From an uncultured Desulfosarcina sp. (GTDB taxonomy: Bacteria; Desulfobacterota; Desulfobacteria; Desulfobacterales; Desulfosarcinaceae), in NCBI GenBank assembly GCA_963674945.2, contig CAXXWQ010000003.1:96001-160000 (forward strand): DNA of 64,000 bases, read 5' to 3'. Positions 50,801 through 59,256 of this stretch are shown here, one piece after another (position 1 is the stretch's first letter; every line of letters begins with the position of its first letter). The notes under the pieces were generated by a model that was not told where the DNA came from, searched no databases, and saw nothing but the letters and a program-made list of their open reading frames with translations. Position numbers and translations under genes: made by a program.

Positions 50801-52688
50801 GATCGGCCTGGGCTACCAATGCACGCGCCCATTCGAAACGCTCCACCAAAAGCCTGGCCATATTCAAACGCTGGGATCCTTGGCCGGGAAATAAAAATCC
50901 GATGCGCGGCGATCCACCGGTATGGCCCAGCCAGATGCGGCCCGCTGCATGATGGAGGGTTTTCCCGAACGCCAGCGGATTTGCCTCAATAAAGGATTCC
51001 AGGTTGCGCAACGTATCGACCAGTTCATCGGGGCTGCCCGCCAGAAAAGCTACCCGCCAAGGATGTTCCGATTTCACTTCATCGGCCAAGGATGCGGCCA
51101 GGTCGGTTGTTTCGGCGTAATTGAGTCCGTCGACCTCCTGTACCAGCTGTCGACACCTCTCAACCAGATCGTGTGCGCTATCTGCGCTTACAATGAACAG
51201 CTCACTCTCCTGGGCCGATGCCATAAGCGTCCGTTCATCCATTTCCGTTTGAAACCGGGTACTTGGCGGTCCAGCAGATTCCACGGTGATGTGACTGTTG
51301 ATTCCACCGAACCCCATGGCCGAGACACCGACGCGCAGGGTCTCCGTGGAGGGAAGACATTTGCCGATACGAATGGGAAAAACATGCCGTGCCGATTCGT
51401 CGAATGCCCTGTTGGGATATCGGCAGCCCGCCATGGGGGGACAGATGCGACGATTGACCGCGATTACCGCCTTGATGAAGCCGCCGACACCGCTGGCGGC
51501 CTTGGTGTGTCCAACGATAGACTTCAGCGAGGTGATCCCCAAAAAACGTCCTTTTTCCCCGGCGATGTCGGTATCCTCACCCATCAGCGATGCGATGGCT
51601 TCCAACTCGACACGATCCCCCACTACGGTTCCGGTTCCGTGACCTTCGATGAAATCCAGCTGGTCGATGCCGTAAGGCGCCCTTTCATACGCCCGTTTCA
51701 ACGCCAGGGATTGACCGGGTACGCTCGGTGCGGTGATAGCGGCATTGCTTCCGTCGGATGAGATCCCCCATCCGCGGATCACGGCGTAGATCGGGTTGCC
51801 GTCCTTCAGGGCGTCGGCATGGCGTTTGAGCACAACAAATCCACAACCCTCTCCGGGGATGAATCCACTGGCCCGACGGTCGTATACGTTCATCTCACCA
51901 TCGGTCAGGGCGCCGGTCTTGGAAAACCCGACCATTTCGAAAGGATCAAGACTGATGTCGACACCACCGGCCAGTGCCAGATCAAGATCTTTTGCACAAA
52001 GGCCGGCCGCAGCAGTTGCGATGGCCAGCAGAGATGACGAGCAGGCTCCGTCTACCGTATACCCGCCGCCGTCCAAATTGAAATAGTTACAGATACGGCC
52101 GGCAATCGTATTGGAGAGCCCGCCGGCAAGGGAATCTTCCGTAAAAGCCGGAAACGCCGATTTAAAGTCTGCTTCCAGCCCCTCTTCCAAGGCGGCGACT
52201 TCCTCCGGCGCAAGGTTGCACTGATGGGCGACCCGCAACAAGGCCTTGCGCACATAGGGCCATCGCAAGCGCAAATTATAGGATCGGGAATATTCACCGG
52301 TCAGGCTGTTGCCGACGATCACGCCGGTGCGCTTTCCTGGAAGCGTTTGTTCGGTGAAACCGGCATCGGCAATGGCCTGAAGGACGGTCTCAAGGGCAAG
52401 CCAGTGAACGATATCGGTCGCCTGGTAGGTTGACCGGGGAATTCTCCGCGCAGTCCAGTCGAAATCAAATCCGTCGATCACCGCAGCCATTCGGGCATAG
52501 GATTTATCGACAGTCGTTTTATCCTTATGATAATAGTCCTGTAAAGGGAGACGACAATCGGGCAGGCGCCTGAACTGACGACGACGACCGAGGATATTGG
52601 TCCATAGTTTTTTCGGGTTGTCTGCACCCGGGTACCAACAGCCCATGCCAATTACAGCTACAGAATTCGGATTCGGTTTCTCGTTCAT
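44868..52688 (-). CDS. pksE: Enediyne-type (PKSE-like) iterative type I PKS: KS-AT-ACP-(ACP)-KR-DH-PPTase plus two fused hot-dog thioesterases
   Basis: KS DGACSSS/HGTGT/KSIVGH with the PKSE-type GNSLTGEYSRSYNLRLRWPYVR; AT GHSLG/NAFH; ACP LNLDSIK; KR GGAKGIT/YAFSN; DH HCYEGAYLFP; PPTase SVTHD..GCDL..WSARE; TE DANIVGNIYFANYYAWQGRVRD. GGAGGTG RBS before ATG 52688. Confidence 0.9.
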   Translation of the reverse strand: MNEKPNPNSVAVIGMGCWYPGADNPKKLWTNILGRRRQFRRLPDCRLPLQDYYHKDKTTVDKSYARMAAVIDGFDFDWTARRIPRSTYQATDIVHWLALETVLQAIADAGFTEQTLPGKRTGVIVGNSLTGEYSRSYNLRLRWPYVRKALLRVAHQCNLAPEEVAALEEGLEADFKSAFPAFTEDSLAGGLSNTIAGRICNYFNLDGGGYTVDGACSSSLLAIATAAAGLCAKDLDLALAGGVDISLDPFEMVGFSKTGALTDGEMNVYDRRASGFIPGEGCGFVVLKRHADALKDGNPIYAVIRGWGISSDGSNAAITAPSVPGQSLALKRAYERAPYGIDQLDFIEGHGTGTVVGDRVELEAIASLMGEDTDIAGEKGRFLGITSLKSIVGHTKAASGVGGFIKAVIAVNRRICPPMAGCRYPNRAFDESARHVFPIRIGKCLPSTETLRVGVSAMGFGGINSHITVESAGPPSTRFQTEMDERTLMASAQESELFIVSADSAHDLVERCRQLVQEVDGLNYAETTDLAASLADEVKSEHPWRVAFLAGSPDELVDTLRNLESFIEANPLAFGKTLHHAAGRIWLGHTGGSPRIGFLFPGQGSQRLNMARLLVERFEWARALVAQADRLAGECGATFPSEVMFPPDEQILGEDRTKQWFDELSLTANAQPAICLASVLWHRYLSELGIVPVAVGGHSLGEATAFFASGAFDETTLLRFAFRRGQAMSTRPDKSGTMIGLGCSQTKAKRLLENVTDGYVALANINAPNQMVAAGESDAIEQLRRLAEDADIPVRRLPVSNAFHCRLTAPAAEKLTGRTALPAILKTPTIRLFSGMDGKEIVAGHDLADHFVRQVTARVNFMALAESIAGCTDLLIEVGPGRVLCGLVDATLSDSSAERRIDCLPTEVSAFQTDDLNGLLARLFVSGTTINWKALYANRPVYPFVPPSRRAFFSNPCENSAGEAATPISSSLTRALSQGLLDLPGLSGLSPETANAYLKKRGAFLKDLIEVDLKHAITDQTLSPHATHDSPVIESAAADENSAIGNRADRPDLEQLYDLVETITGFPKQTLVPDARLLDDLNLDSIKSGDLIARYAERFDLTGKIDPAQWTNASLGEIADHVARRFEDRSDTATDNPMLTTSDVLPLLVDQMASITGVAAAQISTESLVGPDLHLSEKQLLELLTATANSLRLELNIDPEPLQHRSLAQIADIFIRMANATNPADPLATLRLPRTTVRELRIDVIESPLPALPSWYGKRREDQWSNARVLILADDADDSVCRALNTHLIRQGAGVSIKTFDALESGKTGGDSEDFSHFIAILPRVCQDSDLTENRLRKMIRRLSFAALPPPASHGPRRRNCLVFVQFGGGYFGTVDNADYLDQCCATALAKSVYLERDDLKMRVIDFDPGIDANRIAEKTILEIRGPQNFVEAGYDHHLTRRTTVASAIEPTQHDPTPTTWSKEDVILVTGGAKGITAECALALARTVGAKMALVGRSPIHTSRAGDGEEDPVSRTLRRYERHGLSARYYRCDVCDKEAVAQTIRQVQRELGPITGVIHGAGQNTPRRFSQVSPEEALQEVGPKVIGILNLISQLEDQPTRLIVGLTSIIGITGMQGNGWYAFSNEALDLILRRFGSTHPETRTLSVAYSIWRDEGMGARLGSVAALKRKGIEAIPTKEGVDRFLRLFLFNPGTHQVLVAARIMQLDTLGIPTRSTVDGARFLERRVHFIPGVESAFLVHLSLEEDLYLEDHCYEGAYLFPAVFGLEAMAQVVAHVTGVTGFTGLTIENIKLRRPIIVDAKSGADIVIWAQTRERSVAGEELAVEAGIFKVDAESDTEFFSATFVMGTMERPDAAVQMDPFLPLAMDPTKDLYRDTLLFQGPRFQRMDCVYQLERTADHGTVVVGTPPEEPDSASLAFATQTQRNFLLGDPFLRDNLLQSAALLIPQDTSLPLSIRRWEIAPMITSSSGKNRRLIRTRLLGIQDQEVETAVETLDESGGIVERLTGYRLKILKHHDDYPTVADFLNPDDRDTQMVQDRIAGVSAPLRVKVPAIRVTYLPGLHDLSKEQRRERVETFVEQSVAQWGRQNGMPDCPVRIGWKFSGKPEAWILNDPVDVSVTHDDRYCLVAVGSCSLGCDLSPVTHRSASQWAGLLGPLGRRLLDDQKEGPALDRHGTAFWSAREVLQKMGVQETIFIDFEAPTPESLLFTCTTDKGLIKVLTVWMVLTLGEERVVALSLTDLPTAITAEQAPCIDYSGYESLFNQQHYKIIAGGPQGQGIFVYRFPVTFMPAGQLSRNVYYSHYFFWAGTARETSAWPVLRKIADQFATGQWGGVTNYADLTILGEATTHDLIEVWLWASGNGGAQNAVLDLTFDFRKLRPDGTYQRLAWLEQQTTWVRILDHGVAKVEPYPDYYGRFLDDMLPRYEAPNLPEPIAEPLRPLFAGEGERELFRAQAGPIVKPTLLTQWMDTCLEDANIVGNIYFANYYAWQGRVRDRYFYDLIPDHFKGTGEKGELICLNCRVDHLREAMPFDRIEVRMALKKLKECRATLHFEYYKPDHSGKRMKLATGKQEVVWVRRDKRNTPVPHPFPEAVRRGFEKAIREQHRN

Positions 52689-52898
52689 GATCACCTCCAC
52701 AGCTTGAATTAACGTACCGGTTCAGATCTTCATGCAAGTTCCAGGAAAACATCAAACCAATGTCGGTATAATGAAAAATGCCGGCCATGGGCCTGCACAT
52801 CGAATCCTCAATGCTGCCGAATCGCGTTTTGCGTATGTCTCTGTTTATGATTTCGAAAAATCCCATGCGGTTGCTGGACCATCCACAGTTGGCTTTCA

Positions 52899-54884
52899 TC
52901 AGGCGGCGATGGCTTTTTTCACGGCCATGCCAATTTTTACCATGTTATAGGGTTTGCGCACATATTCTCCGGCCCCCATCTGCTGCATCTCCTCTACACG
53001 ATCGGTTTCTGAATAGCCGCTGGCAATGATCACCTTCTGACCTGGATGGATGTTGACGATCTCCCTGTAGGTTTCCAGTCCATCCATTCCCGGGTCCATG
53101 ATCATGTCCAAGATGATCAGGTCGGCACAATGATTTTCCATATATTCAACGGCATCTTCTCCACTGGAGACGGTGGTTACGAGATAACCGAGCTTGGTCA
53201 GCATCTTCTGCGCGATGTTGCGTTGTTCTGTCACATCGTCGACCACCAGAATCGATTCTCCGTTGCCCTTGTACCGTTCCATTGAAAAAGTTTCGGAGGC
53301 CTTTGAAATTTGCTGATCCGTAGAGGGAAAATAGAGCAAAAAGGTCGACCCTTTGCCGGGCGTACTTTTAATATCGATATACCCATTATGATCATGAACG
53401 GTTCCCCAAACCACTGCCATCCCCAGGCCCGTGCCACTGCGCCCCATGACTTTTTTGGTATAAAAGGGCTCGAAAATCCGTGTCATCTCATCGGAGGAGA
53501 TTCCAACGCCCGTATCGGAGACGGTAATCAGGTTGTAATTGCCGGGTTTACAATTTCGATAACCGCTGATGGGGCGGCGAACAAGAGTGTTTTTGGAGGA
53601 TATCCGAATCACGCCACCGTCGGGCATCGATTCGGCCGCATTGGAAATGAGGTTCATGAACGTCTTGGAAAGATGAACTGCCGATCCCATGATATTGGGC
53701 AGTTGGTTTTCTAAATCGATTCGGACATCGACCCTTGGATGATAGCTCTTTAATTTATAAAATTCCGGACTGTTAAGATACTCTTGGATGATGGTGTTAA
53801 GGTTCACCACACTGGAAATGGCCACACCCCGGCGAGCCAGGGTCAACAGATCCTGGACGATTGCAGCGGCTTTCTCACCGGACTTTTTGATGACCAATAA
53901 CGCCTCTTTGAAGGGACTGTCTTCGGATACTTCGGTCAGCAGCAGGTCCGGATAGCTGACAACACCGGTGAGGATGTTGTTTAGATCGTGCGCCACCCCG
54001 CCGGCCAGTGTTCCAAGTGATTCCATCTTCTGGGCACGCTGCAGAGAGAGTTCGAGTTCTATCTTCTGTTTTTCCGCTTTTTGGTGGGCCTCTATTTCCC
54101 GTTTCAAACGAAGGTTGGTTTTGGTCAAATCCAGCGTCCGCGCCTCGACGCGTTTTTCCAATTCCCGGTTCACCGCGGCGACCTTTTCCCGTTCTTCTCG
54201 GTAAAGATGGACCAGAACAAAGTCCCTTCGGGCGGAGTATTCGATGAAATAGCAAATCATCATCCCCAAAAAGGTAGCGATGAAGATGTACATTGTGTTA
54301 TGAAGGAGAATCTTGACGGGAGTTTCGATGATCCAAACAGATGTCCAGAGGTAGGCAATCAAAAGAAAAAGGCCGGCTGCGGAGGCATAGATGAATCTTT
54401 CCCGAATAAACGTATAGCCGAAAAACAGACAGATGATGATGCCGACATAATATGAATAGACCGCCGGTTTTGGCCCCAACGCGATCATCGTGATAAATCC
54501 ACCTCCGGTAACCAGGATGTAGATCACCGACACGGCATACCAGGATTTTTTATAATATGGCGTGTAGGTAAAACAATAACCCATTAAAAACAATGGGATG
54601 ACAACCCCGTACCGAATGGCCCACAAAACCGACTTGCCTTCGGGAACCACAAAACCTTCCAATATACCGGTCAGTCCGTAAAACAGAATGGTAATCCAGT
54701 GGCATAATCTGACATGGGCCAGGTTGGCTTGGAAATATTGTTGATGGAAAGGCTTTTCCAGATGTTTGAGATCACCGCGAAAAGAAAGAGACAGCGGGTT
54801 AACCGTGATTCCTATCGAACCTGGAACATTAATTTCAGACGGGTTATCTCTGGTGGGCAGCATCGGGCACAGTCTCGTGAGCAA
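52899..54884 (-). CDS. Hybrid histidine kinase (multi-TM sensor, HisKA, HATPase, REC)
   Basis: GGVAHDLNN, DTGVG, GTGLG, LDMIMDPGMDG; start uncertain. Confidence 0.93.
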   Translation of the reverse strand: MLTRLCPMLPTRDNPSEINVPGSIGITVNPLSLSFRGDLKHLEKPFHQQYFQANLAHVRLCHWITILFYGLTGILEGFVVPEGKSVLWAIRYGVVIPLFLMGYCFTYTPYYKKSWYAVSVIYILVTGGGFITMIALGPKPAVYSYYVGIIICLFFGYTFIRERFIYASAAGLFLLIAYLWTSVWIIETPVKILLHNTMYIFIATFLGMMICYFIEYSARRDFVLVHLYREEREKVAAVNRELEKRVEARTLDLTKTNLRLKREIEAHQKAEKQKIELELSLQRAQKMESLGTLAGGVAHDLNNILTGVVSYPDLLLTEVSEDSPFKEALLVIKKSGEKAAAIVQDLLTLARRGVAISSVVNLNTIIQEYLNSPEFYKLKSYHPRVDVRIDLENQLPNIMGSAVHLSKTFMNLISNAAESMPDGGVIRISSKNTLVRRPISGYRNCKPGNYNLITVSDTGVGISSDEMTRIFEPFYTKKVMGRSGTGLGMAVVWGTVHDHNGYIDIKSTPGKGSTFLLYFPSTDQQISKASETFSMERYKGNGESILVVDDVTEQRNIAQKMLTKLGYLVTTVSSGEDAVEYMENHCADLIILDMIMDPGMDGLETYREIVNIHPGQKVIIASGYSETDRVEEMQQMGAGEYVRKPYNMVKIGMAVKKAIAA

Positions 54885-55103
54885 ATCGGGTTCAATTGAG
54901 AATTGCGTGCCTTATCGGTATTTTTTCAAAAAACTTTAGAAAACAAAGGCTTTCTCTGTGTCTTTAATAACACAATCCATGTGAGAAGAGATTCTTTCCC
55001 AGAAAAAATCCCTTATAAGCGACAGAGGTGGAGTTGAGGCGTCGGGTGATACAATTATGCGTCATTCTTTGAAAAACATAACAAGCGCATAAAACAATCA
55101 GAA

Positions 55104-55460
55104 TCAACGGATTGGAAGTGTATTTTTAAATATTTCAAAACAATTTTTGATCGTTATCGAATTTTTTTTTGTGAGATCCACAAATTGACAACCAACACCC
55201 CTTCTGTTGATGTTGACAATCTTCACTTTTTGTAAAAAGGCGTTTTCCTCCATGGGAAGTTTGATTGCAACATTTGTCATCATCCCCAATTCCAATCCCG
55301 TTATGTCTGATATTTCAGCAAAAAAACCGCCCATACTAAAATCAGTCATTTCAGCCGTCCCATTTATCCGATCAAAAAAGACCTTGCAACGGATTTCCAG
55401 CCGTGGATTCTGACGCTTATCTTGGCTGACTTCCATAAGGCGGCTTCGAACGTCGAGCAT
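55104..55460 (-). CDS. PilZ-domain protein
   Basis: KRQNPR and DFSMGG motifs, GVGCQF; start 55460 or 55436. Confidence 0.82.
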   Translation of the reverse strand: MLDVRSRLMEVSQDKRQNPRLEIRCKVFFDRINGTAEMTDFSMGGFFAEISDITGLELGMMTNVAIKLPMEENAFLQKVKIVNINRRGVGCQFVDLTKKNSITIKNCFEIFKNTLPIR

Positions 55461-55722
55461 TGTTACCTTCTCCCATTCATCGTTTTCATTTTTTCGATCA
55501 CACGCACCGTACAACCATGTTATCGACATATCATCGCGTCTTCTTTAGCGCATTATGGAACAGCATCCATCCGTTCATCTCAGGCCTGCATTGGGCATCA
55601 CACATGATAAAAGAATCGATGCTCACGGGAAAAATGCCCTGTTTCAAGCCTTTGTGTTTCACATGCCATGTGGTGGCCACAGCCAGGGGCAATCCGAAAC
55701 GTCGGGTCATTCACAAAAAGAG

Positions 55723-58700
55723 TCAAGCACCGACTTGATTCAACGCCCCCAATAAATGCTTGAAAATACAGGTATTTGCTCCGAGGTCTTCTGCCAGTTC
55801 GACGACCCTTCGATGATGGGTAAACACCAAAACCTGGGTGTGTGCTGCAAGTTCAACCAATACTTCCAAGCAAACCCTGGTTCGGTCATCATCAAATCCA
55901 ATGAGGATATCGTCCACCACAAAAGGCATCGGCTCACCTTTCTCCATATATTGCTCGAGGGTCGCAAGCCGAAGCGCAAGATAGAGTTGATCGCGGGTTC
56001 CATCGCTCATTTGATCGATCGCCACCTCTATTTCGTTTGGTCGAACGCCCTGCAGGATCGGTGTACCGCTTTCGCTCACTTCATCCCGCAGTTTTTCAAA
56101 AGAGCCGAGGGTGAGTCTGGCAAACAACTCACCGGCCCGCGCGAGAACCGGCGCCTGGTTCTTCTGACGATACTCCTCCACACGTTGTTCTAGTATGAGT
56201 GATGCGATTTGCAGGCGAAGGTATTTTTCAATACCGGAAGCCATTGCGGCAAGATGCTGCTCCGCCTCCTCCGATGCCTTGGCAGCCATATCGCTTCCAT
56301 CTTTGGCCTGCATCTCGTTTTGCACCGTTTGTTTCTGGTCGCGTAACTTGTCACGGGTCGCCTGCAAATCCTCCAACTCGGCCGAGACGCGACCGAGTTC
56401 ATCTTCGACGGCATCGGCATCGAGTTCATCGGCTTCATTCTCGAGTTCTTGAATGTGCAAACCATCACCATTGCGTCTCAGTTCTCGTTCAACCGTCTCA
56501 AGCCGCTGCAGCAGATCGCGCATGTTTCGGGAACGATCCCAGGCTGCTTCGAGTTCATCGTCTGTTTTGACACGCGCCTGATCTCGCAAAGCGGCAAGCT
56601 GCTCTTCTATTGAATGAATTGTCAGGCCGGCATCTTCGATTTCCGCCGTCGTTTCTTTATCCTGGGCCTTTATTTTTGTAAGCCCCGCTCTTTCTTCACG
56701 CGCCTCCGTCAATTCCCTGTTCAACTGTGCGACGATGGCGACCGCCGTTTGCCCGTCCCCATTGACACCGATGCCATCGGCGAACGCCATAACCTTTCGA
56801 CGAAATTGCTCGCAAACCTGGTCAATGCCGTAAATCCGGCGGCGCAGCTCTTCAGATTTGTCGAATTTATCGAAAAACAAAAGCAGCCGATCGAAGACCT
56901 CCGTCACCCGTTCCGGATTGTCATCGGTTGTCAATCCCATCCCGGTAATGGCCTGAGACCATTCGGTGGACCAACCGGCCTTGTCCCTCTCGATCGATGC
57001 AAGATCTTTAGATGCTCTTTTGATGCGAACAGATAGATCTCTTACTGAATGCTCCAACTGACGCTTTCGTTCAAGGGCCGCCGTCTCCTGTGCGATACGC
57101 TGTTCGCACAGGTTGATCATTGCCTCCAGAGGCATCGGGTCCGGATCGACGGTCTCATCGAATCTTGCAATTTGCAGGGCAATGGCTTCTCTTAGCGATT
57201 TACAAGCACTTGCCAATTTGTGCGCCTCTTTGGAAACGAGCCGGGCCGATCGTACATTTGATAAAAGATGGTCTACCCTTAGCAGCCATTGTTTCATCTC
57301 CCTGGGCGTTCCGGGTTCTATCTCCAACTTCCTCCAAATATCGTTCCATTTTTTTTCACAAGCGGCTTTGCCGGCAAGAACGTTGTCAGCTTCATCGGTT
57401 TTACTTTTAAGACGGAATTTCAGATCTTCAATTTTTGCTTCGAGATCCGCCCTTTTCACTACTTTATCGGATGCCAGTCGGAGTTGATCCGATAGGTGAT
57501 CCGCTTCATCCACATGTTGCTCGTACAGCGATGGCAGCTCAAGATCATGGGCAAATGCGGCAATTTCATCTTCTGCATCGGTTTTTTCAATATATTTGCG
57601 CTTGATGAGATGCCATCCGGTGTTGCGTATTGTTCGCGATTCTTCGAGCTCGGTTATTGTCGGTACTTCGCCGGTCATCAGCAACGCGTTTAAATCCTTT
57701 TTTGCCTGGTTACACGCCTCTGCAAGTTCTTTTTGTATACGCTCAAGATCTTTTTCTTCATCATACAACGCATCGAACTTTTTTTCGAATGTGTCCAGGG
57801 TTTCGGAAAGTGGCATGGCCAATTGCATAAGTGTATCAATGGTTCCAGAAAACCGCCCGAGCCGGGAGAACTCGGTTTGACATGCTTCTTCGTCTTCCGA
57901 GGCATGTTGTTGCGTTTCATCCAGACGTTGTTCCAGATCGCCGGCCTTGCGAGCTGCTGCAACCGCCGCTTTCAGTTCGCCCAAATCCAAGCTCGATGTC
58001 ACCTGTTCATCAAGCTCTTTCGCAATTGCCGCACGCTCGTCTTCCATATCCTTCACGGCACGTTGCGTGTTTTCCTGCTTTTGTTGTAAAAGACTGTGCT
58101 GCCTGACCAAGTCGGCGATCCATTTTTTATTGTTTGTCAAAGGCCGTAATTGTTCGGCATCGGAAACGTTGAAGTCCGGACGCACCCCCTTGAGAAGTTG
58201 TTCTGCTTCACTGCGAAAAAGCCGCCTTTTAGCATCTTGCTGGGGACGATCCAGGATCGCTTTCTCAATGCCACCGACTTCTTTGTAAAGAGACAGAATT
58301 TCCTCTTCATTTTCCAACAACTCGTTCCTGACGATAATTTTCCCGGCATCTTCTTTCAAGCGTGCCAATTTTGCTTCGGCTTTGGTTTTCATTTCTTTGA
58401 TTGATCGCAGGCTATTTTGGGCAGACTTGAAGATTTCACCAAAATCTTCCGGCAATAAAAGCACTTGACCCAGTGCATCGATGCGCTCTCTCACGGCGCG
58501 TCGTTCGGCCAAAGCTCCTTTTACACGATTGAATCGATCCATGCGGCTTTTTTCTTTTCTTTTCTCTTTAATCTTTTCTTCCACCGTTTCGATGGCGGCT
58601 TTCGTTCCTGCCAGTTCTTTTTTCAACCGTTTCCATTGTGCAACGGGAAGACTCGCCTCTTTTATTCGTCTTTTCGCATCTTTGAAATCGGCGATCGCCC

Positions 58701-59256
58701 GATTGACCAACTTTGTGGACGCCCTCGGTTTGAAAAGGGCTTCGGCGCTGTTTTGCAGATCGGACAAAATCTCACGGAGGCTTGCGGTGCCCATCGCCGC
58801 AGTGAAAAGGGCCTGGCCAAGGTCACCGGACTGGTTCAGCAACTCTTTACCGCCCTCCACCAGCCTTACATGATCGATGCCATATAATTTCTTGAATAGG
58901 TTCTCATCCAGACCATTCGGCAAGAATGGAATCAAAACCGAGTCATCAAGGGGCATGCCGGTCTTCGGATCCAACAGTGTTCCTTTCGTCCCCTTCCTTC
59001 TAACGAATTCAAAGGCGGATCCGTCGGAAAGTCTGAGTTTTCCGCCGATTCGCAACTGGGGGTTGGCGTGGAAAAAATTGTCGTTTGTCCGTACCGGTAT
59101 TCCGAACAGCAATCCGATGAGTGCTCTCAGGGAAGTGCTTTTGCCCGCTTCATTGTCTCCGTATATCAAATGCAGGCCGTACTCCCCTTCCGAAAGGTCC
59201 AATACAGTGCCGGTGAATATGCCATATGCGATCAAGTCGAGTCGATCGATTCTCAT
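55723..59256 (-). CDS. yhaN: YhaN-family SMC/Rad50-like ATPase (AAA_27)
   Basis: GDNEAGKST Walker A, long coiled coil, MSDGTRDQLYLALR signature, VVDDILIGFDD, FTHH. Confidence 0.88.
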   Translation of the reverse strand: MRIDRLDLIAYGIFTGTVLDLSEGEYGLHLIYGDNEAGKSTSLRALIGLLFGIPVRTNDNFFHANPQLRIGGKLRLSDGSAFEFVRRKGTKGTLLDPKTGMPLDDSVLIPFLPNGLDENLFKKLYGIDHVRLVEGGKELLNQSGDLGQALFTAAMGTASLREILSDLQNSAEALFKPRASTKLVNRAIADFKDAKRRIKEASLPVAQWKRLKKELAGTKAAIETVEEKIKEKRKEKSRMDRFNRVKGALAERRAVRERIDALGQVLLLPEDFGEIFKSAQNSLRSIKEMKTKAEAKLARLKEDAGKIIVRNELLENEEEILSLYKEVGGIEKAILDRPQQDAKRRLFRSEAEQLLKGVRPDFNVSDAEQLRPLTNNKKWIADLVRQHSLLQQKQENTQRAVKDMEDERAAIAKELDEQVTSSLDLGELKAAVAAARKAGDLEQRLDETQQHASEDEEACQTEFSRLGRFSGTIDTLMQLAMPLSETLDTFEKKFDALYDEEKDLERIQKELAEACNQAKKDLNALLMTGEVPTITELEESRTIRNTGWHLIKRKYIEKTDAEDEIAAFAHDLELPSLYEQHVDEADHLSDQLRLASDKVVKRADLEAKIEDLKFRLKSKTDEADNVLAGKAACEKKWNDIWRKLEIEPGTPREMKQWLLRVDHLLSNVRSARLVSKEAHKLASACKSLREAIALQIARFDETVDPDPMPLEAMINLCEQRIAQETAALERKRQLEHSVRDLSVRIKRASKDLASIERDKAGWSTEWSQAITGMGLTTDDNPERVTEVFDRLLLFFDKFDKSEELRRRIYGIDQVCEQFRRKVMAFADGIGVNGDGQTAVAIVAQLNRELTEAREERAGLTKIKAQDKETTAEIEDAGLTIHSIEEQLAALRDQARVKTDDELEAAWDRSRNMRDLLQRLETVERELRRNGDGLHIQELENEADELDADAVEDELGRVSAELEDLQATRDKLRDQKQTVQNEMQAKDGSDMAAKASEEAEQHLAAMASGIEKYLRLQIASLILEQRVEEYRQKNQAPVLARAGELFARLTLGSFEKLRDEVSESGTPILQGVRPNEIEVAIDQMSDGTRDQLYLALRLATLEQYMEKGEPMPFVVDDILIGFDDDRTRVCLEVLVELAAHTQVLVFTHHRRVVELAEDLGANTCIFKHLLGALNQVGA

